A stretch of 64,000 bases of DNA from Mycobacteriales bacterium (GTDB lineage: Bacteria > Actinomycetota > Actinomycetes > Mycobacteriales > Mycobacteriaceae), in assembly GCA_038256175.1 (NCBI GenBank), contig JBBSKP010000001.1, forward strand, positions 15,657 through 79,656, written 5' to 3'. Under the pieces are notes generated by a model, which saw only the letters and a program-made list of their open reading frames with translations, did not search any database and had not been told where the DNA came from. This document shows, piece after piece, positions 9,185 through 17,783 of the stretch. Position numbers and translations under genes: made by a program. Position 1 is the stretch's first letter; every line of letters starts with the position of its first letter.

Positions 9185-9861
9185 GTAAACTGCGCCTTGC
9201 GCGCAAACCTGCTGCGCCGGAAGTGTTGTCGGAAACGCACCAGCGGGTCGTGTGGCGGATCGCCGCGCTGCTGCTGGACTACCCTACCGAAACGACGATC
9301 GGAATACTCGATCAATTGCGCTCCGCAGCAATGGAACTGCCCGAGCCTGCTGGTTCCGCGCTTACTTCGGCAATCGACTACACCGAGCGCACACCGTGGA
9401 TTCCGTTGGCCAAGCAGTACGTCGAAACCTTCGACATGCGTCGACGAAGCTGTCTGCACCTGACCTACTACGCATTCGGCGATACGCGTAAGCGCGGGAT
9501 GGCATTGCTGCGGTTCAAGCACGCGTACAAGACCGCGGGCGTCACCCTTGGCGATCATGAACTCCCAGACCACCTGGCGGTTGTGCTCGAGTTTGCGGCG
9601 ACGATCGACCCCGATGCCGGTCGCCGGCTGCTCGGTGAGCATGTCCCCGTGATCGAATTACTGCGCCTGTCGCTGCACGACAGCGAATCACCTTATGCCG
9701 CAGTAATGGATGCCGTGTGCGCGACGCTGCCACCGATCACCACACCGGACCGGCGCCGAATCGCGGAGCTCGCGGCACAGGGCCCTCCCGACGAAGAGGT
9801 CGGCCTCGAGCCGTTCTCGATGGATCCGAGTATGCACACCGAAATGGGGGGACGGCGATGA
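9181..9861 (+). CDS. narJ: nitrate reductase molybdenum cofactor assembly chaperone
   Basis: Position between narH and narI. The start is trimmed to GTG 9181, which overlaps the narH TGA (GTGA). The track ORF from 8992 lies inside narH. The stop overlaps the narI ATG (ATGA). Confidence 0.85.
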   Translation: MSKLRLARKPAAPEVLSETHQRVVWRIAALLLDYPTETTIGILDQLRSAAMELPEPAGSALTSAIDYTERTPWIPLAKQYVETFDMRRRSCLHLTYYAFGDTRKRGMALLRFKHAYKTAGVTLGDHELPDHLAVVLEFAATIDPDAGRRLLGEHVPVIELLRLSLHDSESPYAAVMDAVCATLPPITTPDRRRIAELAAQGPPDEEVGLEPFSMDPSMHTEMGGRR

Positions 9862-10595
9862 ACACTCTGCTGTGGATGACGGTGCCGTACATAGCGTTCA
9901 CGTCGTTCATTCTCGGTCACGTGTGGCGTTACAAAAACGACCAATTCGGCTGGACCACAAGGTCGTCGCAACTGTACGAAAGCCGTTTGCTGCAGCTGGG
10001 CAGCCCGCTGTTCCACTTCGGCATGCTGGCTGTGATCGCCGGTCACGCGATGGGACTGCTGATCCCCGAGAGTTGGACTCACTTCGTCGGGATCTCCGAG
10101 CACATGTACCACCTCGTGTCGATGACAGGCGGAACGCTGTCGGGCGTCGCCGTGATTGCTGGCATCGCGATCCTGTTGTACCGGCGCATCAAGGTGAAGG
10201 CCGTCCGCATGGCGACCAGCCGCAGCGACATCGTCATGTACGTGCTGCTCGGCGCCGCCTTGGTGACTGGAATGTGGAACACGGTGGGTGGCAACCTGAT
10301 CGGCGGGCCGTACAACTACCGCGAGACGGTGTCGCCCTGGTTCCGGAGCCTGTTCAGCCTGCACCCATTGCCGAACTTGATGGCTGACACTCCCCTGAGC
10401 TTTCAGGTCCACAATCTGATCGTGCTCACACTGATCGGAATCTGGCCCTACACACGGTTGGTGCACATGTTCAGCGCGCCGATCGGATATCTGGTGCGGC
10501 CGTACGTCGTTTACCGCAGCAAGGACCTCAAGCGCCCGGATCGCCGCTACGCAAAGGCGTGGGAACAGCCGAACTTGCCGTTCGGTGGACGCTAG
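9858..10595 (+). CDS. narI: respiratory nitrate reductase gamma subunit (membrane di-haem b)
   Basis: Start trimmed to ATG 9858 (MNTLLWMTVPYIAFTSFILGHVWRYK...). Multi-pass hydrophobic protein of ~245 aa following narJ. Confidence 0.9.
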   Translation: MNTLLWMTVPYIAFTSFILGHVWRYKNDQFGWTTRSSQLYESRLLQLGSPLFHFGMLAVIAGHAMGLLIPESWTHFVGISEHMYHLVSMTGGTLSGVAVIAGIAILLYRRIKVKAVRMATSRSDIVMYVLLGAALVTGMWNTVGGNLIGGPYNYRETVSPWFRSLFSLHPLPNLMADTPLSFQVHNLIVLTLIGIWPYTRLVHMFSAPIGYLVRPYVVYRSKDLKRPDRRYAKAWEQPNLPFGGR

Positions 10596-10616
10596 ACATC
10601 GTGAAACACTCTGCAG

Positions 10617-11513
10617 GTGACCAGTAGCAGTCGCCCCACACTGACCCGGCGTCGACTGCTTGGCCTCGGCTTCGGCGTCACCGTTGGCGCGACGACAGCC
10701 GGAGTGACCGTCGGGCTCGATCGGGGAGCTCCACGCCTGCAGACCGATCTCGCTGGCAGACCGGCTGTTCCGCTGCCGAAGCCCGCCGATCCCGTTGTGC
10801 GGCCTGCCTCGATCGTCAGCGGATCGTTCCGCTCGGCCGCGATGGGCGGCACGCAGGTGCGGTGGACGCTTGCCCGCCCTGCCGCCGCGCAGACATTGCA
10901 TCCCGTGATCGCATTGCACGGCAAAGGCGGCAACCATAATTCGGCGTTCAACGACCTCGGCCTCGATCGGCTACTCACACAAGTAGTTCAAGCCGGCACA
11001 CCGCCGTTCGCGGTGGTGACGGTCGACGGCGGCGATGGCTACTGGCATCGCCGCGTGACACGCGAGGATGCCGGTGCGATGGTGCTCGGCGAACTGCTGC
11101 CGATGCTGTCCGAGATGGAGCTCGATACGTCACGGGTCGGGTTTATGGGCTGGTCGATGGGCGGGTACGGCGCACTAATGGTCGGGGCGCAACTCGGACC
11201 GCAACGCACGGCGGCGATCGCCGCGATCAGCCCGGCGCTCTGGACGAATTCCAGTGCCGCGGCTCCAGGCGCATTCGACTCCGCCGCGGACTTCAACGCG
11301 CACAACGTGTTCGATCGGACCGCCGAGCTCGCACAGATCCCAGTGCGCATCGACTGCGGCACCGGCGACCCCTTCTATGCCGCGACCCGACAATTCGTCG
11401 CGCAGCTGCAGCCGGCTCCGGCAGGCGGATTCTCCGAGGGTGGCCATGACGGGGACTACTGGAGACGCACACTGCCCGATCAGCTGACCTTCCTCGGCGA
11501 GCACCTGCGCTGA
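10617..11513 (+). CDS. secreted esterase-family alpha/beta hydrolase with twin-arginine signal
   Basis: 298-aa ORF with Tat-like [22 protein letters not shown] and nucleophile elbow [10 protein letters not shown]. Confidence 0.65.
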   Translation: MTSSSRPTLTRRRLLGLGFGVTVGATTAGVTVGLDRGAPRLQTDLAGRPAVPLPKPADPVVRPASIVSGSFRSAAMGGTQVRWTLARPAAAQTLHPVIALHGKGGNHNSAFNDLGLDRLLTQVVQAGTPPFAVVTVDGGDGYWHRRVTREDAGAMVLGELLPMLSEMELDTSRVGFMGWSMGGYGALMVGAQLGPQRTAAIAAISPALWTNSSAAAPGAFDSAADFNAHNVFDRTAELAQIPVRIDCGTGDPFYAATRQFVAQLQPAPAGGFSEGGHDGDYWRRTLPDQLTFLGEHLR

Positions 11514-11623
11514 CCGTCGACTCCCACGGGTCCATTGCCACGGCGCCGAACGCGGAGCACAGTGAGGAGAGACCGGTGGCGCCACCGCGGCGCCGCCGCC
11601 GCCGATTCGGAAGAAGGTGGATC

Positions 11624-12244
11624 GTGTACGCCCGTTCAACCACAGTCCAAGCACACCCGGATTCCATCAACGCCGGGATCAAGCACGTGCGCGACGAGGT
11701 CATGCCGACGTTGCAGAGCATGGATGGCTGCATCGGCCTATCCATGCTGGTAGATCGCGAATCTCGCCGCTGCATCATCACCAGCGCCTGGGAATCCGAA
11801 GAGGCGATGAGCGCAAGCGAAGAGCAGCTCGATCCGATTCGCAACCATGCGGCGGAGGCCCTCGGTGGCAGGCCGCAGGTCGATCAATGGGAGATCGAGG
11901 TCGTTCATCGCGACCATAATTCGAGCGAAGGCTCGTGCGTACGCGCGACGTGGTTCCAGGTCGAGCCCGGCCGGCTCGACCATGCGGTCGCTGCCTATAG
12001 GGCGACTGTGCTGCCCGCGTTGGAAGCGCTCGATGGCTTCTGCAGCGCCAGCCTGTTGGTGGATCGCGATTCCGGCCTCGCCGTCTCGTCGGTGACATAC
12101 GACAGCGTCACGGCCATCGAAGGCAGCCGAGACAGCGTCCGCGCCGTCCGGGAGGCCTACATCGAAGACACCGGTGCGGAGATGCACGAAGTGTGCGAGT
12201 TCGAGCTGGTACTCGCCCACCTCCGCGTGCCGGAGCTGGTCTGA
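11624..12244 (+). CDS. hypothetical protein with two tandem ABM/Dabb-like (ferredoxin-like) domains
   Basis: The two halves align: ...[36 protein letters not shown] and ...[36 protein letters not shown]. Start set to GTG 11624 after GAAGAAGGTGG; the track start 11576 is Arg-rich and unlikely. Confidence 0.5.
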   Translation: MYARSTTVQAHPDSINAGIKHVRDEVMPTLQSMDGCIGLSMLVDRESRRCIITSAWESEEAMSASEEQLDPIRNHAAEALGGRPQVDQWEIEVVHRDHNSSEGSCVRATWFQVEPGRLDHAVAAYRATVLPALEALDGFCSASLLVDRDSGLAVSSVTYDSVTAIEGSRDSVRAVREAYIEDTGAEMHEVCEFELVLAHLRVPELV

Positions 12245-12251
12245 CCTGGCG

Positions 12252-12704
12252 TTATCCGTCGCAGCTCGGCGCCGGTGCATCCTCGAAGAGCGGCTTGTCG
12301 GCCGGCACCAGGTACACGACGTCGAGGATCACCGGCGTCGTACCGAGATTGCGTCCGACGTGCACATTGGCGGCGCCGGCGGGTTCGTTGATGAACGCCC
12401 CGGTCGCGTAGATCGTCGGTACACAGTCGCTGCCTGGATGGGTGAGCGTGCCTGCGCGGACCACCCCGAGCACCGGACCGTCATGGAAATGCCAGCCGGT
12501 CGTGCCACCCGGCGCGATCGTGATCTCGCGAACGACATAGTTGCTCGCGCCGGCGACGAACGGCTTCAACACCGCCGGGATCGCACCCTGATTGAGCGTC
12601 ACAGCTGTGATGCCCGAGCTGGGAGTGGCCTGCGCGGCTGCCGGGACCAGCGCCGGGCCACACAGTAGAACGGCAATTGCGCTGCCTTGCAGTACTCGTC
12701 GCAT
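12252..12704 (-). CDS. secreted cupin-domain protein
   Basis: 150-aa ORF with signal peptide MRRVLQGSAIAVLLCGPALVPAAAQA and cupin motif PGGTTGWHFHDGPVLGVV. Confidence 0.65.
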   Translation of the reverse strand: MRRVLQGSAIAVLLCGPALVPAAAQATPSSGITAVTLNQGAIPAVLKPFVAGASNYVVREITIAPGGTTGWHFHDGPVLGVVRAGTLTHPGSDCVPTIYATGAFINEPAGAANVHVGRNLGTTPVILDVVYLVPADKPLFEDAPAPSCDG

Positions 12705-12740
12705 CGTCCGAGGGTATCCGCCCCGGCGCCGAACGGGCGG

Positions 12741-13475
12741 CTATTGCAACGAATACCGAGTAGATCGCGCGACAACGACCTGTTCGCCGCTGGTTGCAAG
12801 CTCGCGCACACCCGCGGCGTAGCGATCGACCAGCAGTCCGACGATGTCAGGATGCACGCCGAGCGGTTCGGCAACCCCGTCGGCGCCCGCCTCGCGCAAG
12901 CGCTCCTGAAAGAGTCCGTGCGCCAACAAATACGACGCCACGAACACGCGGCGCGCCCCGCCCGCCCGCAAGCGCGCAACGACCTCAGGCACGCGCGGCG
13001 AACCCGTTGCGACATAGGCAATTCCGACGCGTCCGCCAACCCGTCCCGCGAGTAGCGCAGCCGCGCGGCGCACGTCGAGCAGCGCCCGCGGATCCGACGA
13101 TCCGGCTGCGGCGAGCACAACGGCATCACCTGCGCGCCAACCAGCTTCGCGCAAACGCCGATGCATGACCGTCGCAAGAACCGGGTCCGGACCCATCGCA
13201 GCGGTCACCGTGGCGGCGCCGTGGCCACTCTCGGCAACCTCTCGCGGCACGTCGTTGTGAACGTGATAGCCCGACGCAAGGAACGCCGGGACAACAACGG
13301 CATGCTCATCGAGATCCCGCAAGATTTCGGCCGGAGACGGCCCGAGTACGTCGACGAACGCAACGCGCACATTCGGCACGCGAGCCGAAACAGCTTCGGC
13401 CAGTGCCGCAATCATTTCGACGCCGCGGCTGCTCCGGGTCCCGTGCGCGACGAGGACCATTGCGGGCGGGCGCAT
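12741..13475 (-). CDS. sirohydrochlorin chelatase (CbiX/SirB type)
   Basis: Start trimmed to ATG 13475 (MRPPAMVLVAHGTRSSRG...), which overlaps the nnaR TGA (TGATG). Two CbiX-like halves (VLVAHGTR ... VVLAAAGSSD). Same operon as nirBD. Confidence 0.75.
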   Translation of the reverse strand: MRPPAMVLVAHGTRSSRGVEMIAALAEAVSARVPNVRVAFVDVLGPSPAEILRDLDEHAVVVPAFLASGYHVHNDVPREVAESGHGAATVTAAMGPDPVLATVMHRRLREAGWRAGDAVVLAAAGSSDPRALLDVRRAAALLAGRVGGRVGIAYVATGSPRVPEVVARLRAGGARRVFVASYLLAHGLFQERLREAGADGVAEPLGVHPDIVGLLVDRYAAGVRELATSGEQVVVARSTRYSLQ

Positions 13476-14644
13476 CAGAGGCGATCCGCCGCGTTGTCCA
13501 CACATTCCGCAGGATCGAGCGCCAGCCGGTAGCCGCGCTTGACCACCGTCTGGATTGCCTTCGGCGTTCCCAGCGAGGCCCGCAGCCGGGCAATTGCAGT
13601 CTCGACAGCGTGAGTGTCGCCACCGCAACCTGGCAGTGCCGCAAGCAAGTTCTCCCGCGAGACCACCCGTCCCGGCTGGCGAGCGAGGGTGCGCATCAAT
13701 GCCATCGACGCCGGCGGGAGTGCCTTGACCTCACCGTCGACGACGACGCAACTGCCGCGCACGCTGAGCACGTGACCGCTCGCCTGGATTCGGTTGGCAC
13801 GCCGAGGCAATTCGTCGGCAACGTGGCGGGCGAGTGCGCCGAGTCGGGCGCGCTCGGGCATCGTGGTCGCAACGCTCAACTCCTCGAGCGGCGCCGCGGT
13901 GATCGGGCCGACGCACGCTGCGAGAACACGTCCACGCAGCGAGTAGAGCAACGGCTCGATGAGTCCGGTTTCCTTGGCGCGCATCAACATCGACGCAACG
14001 GCGGGTGCACTGGTGAAAGTGACGCAGTCCAGTCCTGAGGACACCGTGAGCTCGATCATCCGGTCCATCGACGACTGATCCTCGGGGGGTGTCCATCGGT
14101 AGACGGGCACCGCGATCACGTCTGCGCCCGCGCAGCGCAAGACCTCGCAGAAGTCCGGGATGGGCTCCCACTCGGTGGTCGCGCCGTGCAATTGCACAGC
14201 GATTCGAACGCCTTCGACGCCCTCGGCCAGCAGGTGATCGAGCACCTCCGCCGACGACTCCGACGCCGGCGACCACTCTTCGCGAAGTTCCGCCGCGCGG
14301 ATGGCACCCTTCGCCTTCGGACCACGCGCAAGCAAACGGGTGGATGCCAGCGCCTGCGTCAGTCCTTCGGCGAGGCCCCAGCCGTCAGCAGCTTCCATCC
14401 AGCCGCGAAAGCCGATACCCGTCGTCGCGACGGCAATCTGTGGCGAGTCCGCCACGATCTCGCGGGTCACACGCTCGAGTTCGGTGTCGTCCGCCAACGG
14501 AATGATTCGGATCGCCGGCGCGAGGACGACATTCGCACCGCGCCTGGTCAGCAGCGTCGCGAATTCCTCCGCCCGCCGTGCGGCGGTGACTCCGATGGTG
14601 AACCCAGCGAGCGGGTTCGGACTGTCTTGTTTTTCATCGCTCAT
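13475..14644 (-). CDS. nnaR: NnaR-type regulator: HemD-like (uroporphyrinogen-III synthase) domain fused to an OmpR/PhoB winged-helix DNA-binding domain
   Basis: 389-aa ORF. The C-terminus ...LMRTLARQPGRVVSRENLL...HAVETAIARLRASLG...IQTVVKRGYRLAL is a trans_reg_C signature. The N-terminal ~250 aa is HemD-like. The start overlaps the nirD stop. Confidence 0.8.
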   Translation of the reverse strand: MSDEKQDSPNPLAGFTIGVTAARRAEEFATLLTRRGANVVLAPAIRIIPLADDTELERVTREIVADSPQIAVATTGIGFRGWMEAADGWGLAEGLTQALASTRLLARGPKAKGAIRAAELREEWSPASESSAEVLDHLLAEGVEGVRIAVQLHGATTEWEPIPDFCEVLRCAGADVIAVPVYRWTPPEDQSSMDRMIELTVSSGLDCVTFTSAPAVASMLMRAKETGLIEPLLYSLRGRVLAACVGPITAAPLEELSVATTMPERARLGALARHVADELPRRANRIQASGHVLSVRGSCVVVDGEVKALPPASMALMRTLARQPGRVVSRENLLAALPGCGGDTHAVETAIARLRASLGTPKAIQTVVKRGYRLALDPAECVDNAADRL

Positions 14645-15063
14645 GGGCTCGTTAACGCCTCTCGAGCGAACTGACTGTGGACCTGGACAACGCCACCCCA
14701 GACCCGGACGCCGTAGACCGGCAGCCGTACCGCGTCGTCATCGAGGCAGCGGCCGTCCACCAAGGAGAAGATCTGCTTGAGCAGGGGCGATGCGACCGTG
14801 GGCTCGCCACCTCGATCGCCGACCAGACCGCGCGACATCACAGCGGCGCGGCCGTACGGATCGATGTTTCCCACCGCGTGCAGATTGCCGTTCTCCAGCA
14901 GGAACACCGCGACCTGCTCACCTCCGCGTAGCAATACCGCAACGCCACGACCTGGAATCAGATGTCGTAATGAGCACGCAGACGTCCATTCGAGGCGACC
15001 GTCGTCGACGGTGCTGCGCCGCGAATCGCTGAACGCGGCCACGTTCGTATCGATCGCTGTCAT
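14641..15063 (-). CDS. nirD: nitrite reductase [NAD(P)H] small subunit
   Basis: 140-aa ORF directly downstream of nirB with a Rieske-like fold pattern (...GRGVAVLL.GGEQVAVF...SPLLKQIFSLVDGRCLDD) and strong AAGGAGG 6 nt before the ATG. Confidence 0.9.
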   Translation of the reverse strand: MTAIDTNVAAFSDSRRSTVDDGRLEWTSACSLRHLIPGRGVAVLLRGGEQVAVFLLENGNLHAVGNIDPYGRAAVMSRGLVGDRGGEPTVASPLLKQIFSLVDGRCLDDDAVRLPVYGVRVWGGVVQVHSQFAREALTSP

Positions 15064-15147
15064 CGCAGTTCCTCCTTGTAGTGCTTCATTTGTACGTTCA
15101 TGGTGTTTCTATGGGGTTAAGCCGTGATGCCGTAGGAGTAAGCAGGT

Positions 15148-17649
15148 TCACGACACCGGCATCGGCGGCATCCCCATCAGGACCGGCACCTTGCGCTTGC
15201 CCGACTCGTCGAACATCACCGTCGGATCCGGCTCACCCGGTGCGTTGACGAAAGATACGAAGCGAGAAAGCTTTTCGGGATCTTCGAGCACACCGGCCCA
15301 TTCGTCCTTGTATCCGACGACATGCTTCGCCATCGCTGCTTCGAGTTCCTCGGCGATTCCAAGACTGTCGTCACACACAACGGCCTTGAGGTGATCCAGA
15401 CCACCTTCGAGCGACTCGACCCACGGCGCGGTGCGCTGCAGGCGGTCGGCCGTACGGATGTAGAACATCAGATAGCGGTCGATGTAGCGGACGAGAGTCT
15501 CGTCATCGATCCCGCTCGCGAGCAGCTGCGCATGCTTGGGCGACTGCCCGCCGTTGCCGCCGACGTACAGGTTCCAGCCGTGCTCGGTCGCGATGATGCC
15601 CACGTCCTTGCCACGCGCTTCGGCGCACTCGCGAGCACAGCCGGAGACGCCGAACTTGAGCTTGTGCGGCGAACGGAGCCCGCGGTAACGGTTCTCCAGA
15701 TCGACCGCCATTCCGACCGAGTCCTGCACGCCGTAGCGGCACCAGGTGGAACCGACACAGCTCTTCACGGTCCGCAAGGACTTGCCGTACGCCTGACCCG
15801 ATTCCATTCCGGCGTCGACGAGCCGCTTCCAGATGGCGGGCAACTGCTCGACGCGAGCGCCGAACAGGTCGATCCGCTGGCCACCGGTGACCTTGGTGTA
15901 CAACCCGAAATCGCGTGCGACCTCACCGATCACGATCAACTGCTCAGGGGTGACCTCACCGCCGGGCATGCGTGGCACGACGGAGTAGGTGCCGTTCTTC
16001 TGGATGTTGGCCAGGAAGTGGTCGTTGGTGTCCTGCAAACCCGCCTGCTGGCGGTGCAGGATGTGATCCGAGTCGGTGGACGCCAGGATCGACGCGACGA
16101 CTGGCTTGCAGATATCGCAGCCAGTTCCCTTGCCGTACTTCGAAATCAGAGCAGAGAACGTGAAGGTCTCCGTCGCACGCACGATCTCGAACAGCTCAGC
16201 GCGGGACTGCTCGAAGTGCTCGCAGAGTGCCTTCGACATGACAACCCCCGACGATGCGAGCAGCTGCTTGATCGTCGGAAGGCAACCACCACAAGTGGTT
16301 CCGGCGTTGGTGCAGCCCTTGATCGCCGCGATGTCGCAGGCACCTTCGGCAATTGCGCCGCAGATCGTGCCCTTATCCACGCCGTTGCAGGAGCACACCT
16401 CGGCGTCGTCTGGGAGCCCGCCGGCACCGACCTTCTCGCCGGTAGGAGAGATCAATGCCGCAGGGTCGCCCGGCAATTCGCGGCCGACAAGCGGACGCAG
16501 CATTGCATACGCGGACGCGTCGCCGACCAGGATGCCGCCGAGCAGAATCTTGGCGTCGTCGGAAACAACGAGCTTGGCGTAGGTTCCCTTGGCCGCGTCG
16601 TTCAGGACGACCTCCAGCGCACCTTCTGTGGTCGCGAACGCATCACCGAAGCTGGCAACGTCCACACCGAGCAGCTTGAGCTTGGTCGACAGGTCAGCAC
16701 CGGGGAATTCCGCTGCGCCGCCGAGCAACCGGTCTGCGACGATCTCAGCGGTCGTGTAACCGGGCGCGACCAATCCGTAGCACCGACCCTCGACGGCAGC
16801 ACATTCACCGACCGCGTAGATCGCCGGATCCGATGTCTGGCAACCGAGGTCGGTGAGAATCCCGCCGCGCTCGCCGACGTCAAGTCCGGCATCACGAGCA
16901 AGCTGATCCTGCGGCCGGACGCCCGCGGAGAACACGAGCAGTGCTGCATCGATCACGGAGCCATCGGAGAGTTCGACGAGCAGGCCGTCCGAGCCCTGGG
17001 TGATGGCCGAGGTCCCGACCCCCGCGTGAACGGTGAGCCCGAGGCTGGTCACCAGCTTCTCCAGCACGGCACCACCACCCTCGTCCACCTGTAGCGGCAT
17101 CAGCCGCGGCGCGAACTCGATGACATGCGGTGTCATGCCGAGCAGCTTCAGCGCGTTCGCGGCTTCCAGCCCGAGCAGACCGCCACCGACAACGACACCG
17201 ACCGCTCCCGGTTCGGCTTGCTCGGCGGCGGCGCGAATCCCGTCGAGGTCCGCAAGCGTGCGGTAGACGAAGCAATTGGGCAGGTCGTGTCCGGGAATCG
17301 GGGGTACAAACGGGTACGAACCGGTGGCCAGCACGAGCGCGTCGTAGCCGAACACTTCACCGGAGCTCGTCGTCACCTTGCGCGCCTGGCGGTCGATTGC
17401 GCTGGCGGCTTCGCCGAGCCGCAACTCCACCTGAGTGTCGCCTTCGTATTCGTTGCCCGCGAGGGCGAGCTCCTTGTGATCCCACGCACCGACGTAGGAG
17501 GACAGGCCGACTCGGTCGTAGGCCGGTAGCGGTTCCTCACACAGAACCGTCACACGCCATTGATCGGCGTCGTCGCGTGCACGCAAGGCCTCGACGAATC
17601 GGTGTCCGACCATTCCGTGGCCAACGACTACCGCTGCTTTCGGGGTCAT
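15148..17649 (-). CDS. nirB: nitrite reductase [NAD(P)H] large subunit (FAD/NAD, 2Fe-2S, sirohaem-4Fe4S)
   Basis: 833-aa ORF with dinucleotide fold VVVGHGMVGHRF and VVGGGLLGLEAA, BFD-like CSCNGV, and sirohaem Cys cluster SGCARECAEA. Confidence 0.95.
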   Translation of the reverse strand: MTPKAAVVVGHGMVGHRFVEALRARDDADQWRVTVLCEEPLPAYDRVGLSSYVGAWDHKELALAGNEYEGDTQVELRLGEAASAIDRQARKVTTSSGEVFGYDALVLATGSYPFVPPIPGHDLPNCFVYRTLADLDGIRAAAEQAEPGAVGVVVGGGLLGLEAANALKLLGMTPHVIEFAPRLMPLQVDEGGGAVLEKLVTSLGLTVHAGVGTSAITQGSDGLLVELSDGSVIDAALLVFSAGVRPQDQLARDAGLDVGERGGILTDLGCQTSDPAIYAVGECAAVEGRCYGLVAPGYTTAEIVADRLLGGAAEFPGADLSTKLKLLGVDVASFGDAFATTEGALEVVLNDAAKGTYAKLVVSDDAKILLGGILVGDASAYAMLRPLVGRELPGDPAALISPTGEKVGAGGLPDDAEVCSCNGVDKGTICGAIAEGACDIAAIKGCTNAGTTCGGCLPTIKQLLASSGVVMSKALCEHFEQSRAELFEIVRATETFTFSALISKYGKGTGCDICKPVVASILASTDSDHILHRQQAGLQDTNDHFLANIQKNGTYSVVPRMPGGEVTPEQLIVIGEVARDFGLYTKVTGGQRIDLFGARVEQLPAIWKRLVDAGMESGQAYGKSLRTVKSCVGSTWCRYGVQDSVGMAVDLENRYRGLRSPHKLKFGVSGCARECAEARGKDVGIIATEHGWNLYVGGNGGQSPKHAQLLASGIDDETLVRYIDRYLMFYIRTADRLQRTAPWVESLEGGLDHLKAVVCDDSLGIAEELEAAMAKHVVGYKDEWAGVLEDPEKLSRFVSFVNAPGEPDPTVMFDESGKRKVPVLMGMPPMPVS

Positions 17650-17744
17650 GCTGCTTCCTTCTTCCTCTTTGCCGGCGCGTAACTCGCTGTGCGCCGTGGT
17701 ATTTCAGATGGTCCGCATCCGCGACTGATCGCAGACACGGCAGA

Positions 17745-17776
17745 ACTCCCGCGCCCCGCGGAAGGGGCGCGGGAGT
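17745..17776 (-). terminator. perfect 13-bp GC hairpin between narK and nirB (attenuator, processing site or weak terminator)
   Basis: actcccgcgcccc (17745..17757), loop gcggaa, ggggcgcgggagt (17764..17776), 8 nt after the narK stop. The T-run is on the + strand only. Confidence 0.4.
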
Positions 17777-17783
17777 CCTTTTG

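Noticed and set aside
15060-15101. 13-codon uORF MNVQMKHYKEELR overlapping the nirD ATG as a real leader peptide
   Set aside because: It has no Shine-Dalgarno or other support. It is kept only as a note within the spacer finding.
15322-17094. 590-aa ORF on the + strand
   Set aside because: It is entirely antisense to nirB, whose product has unmistakable motifs. It is Arg/Asp/Gly/Leu-rich with no recognisable domain, a typical shadow ORF of high-GC DNA.
17650-17720. Pentamers at 11-bp periodicity (GTAAC-n6-TGCGC-n6-ATTTC-n6-TCCGC) upstream of nirB as a second GlnR site
   Set aside because: Only the first pentamer fits the gTnAc/GaAAc consensus, so the periodicity alone is not convincing.
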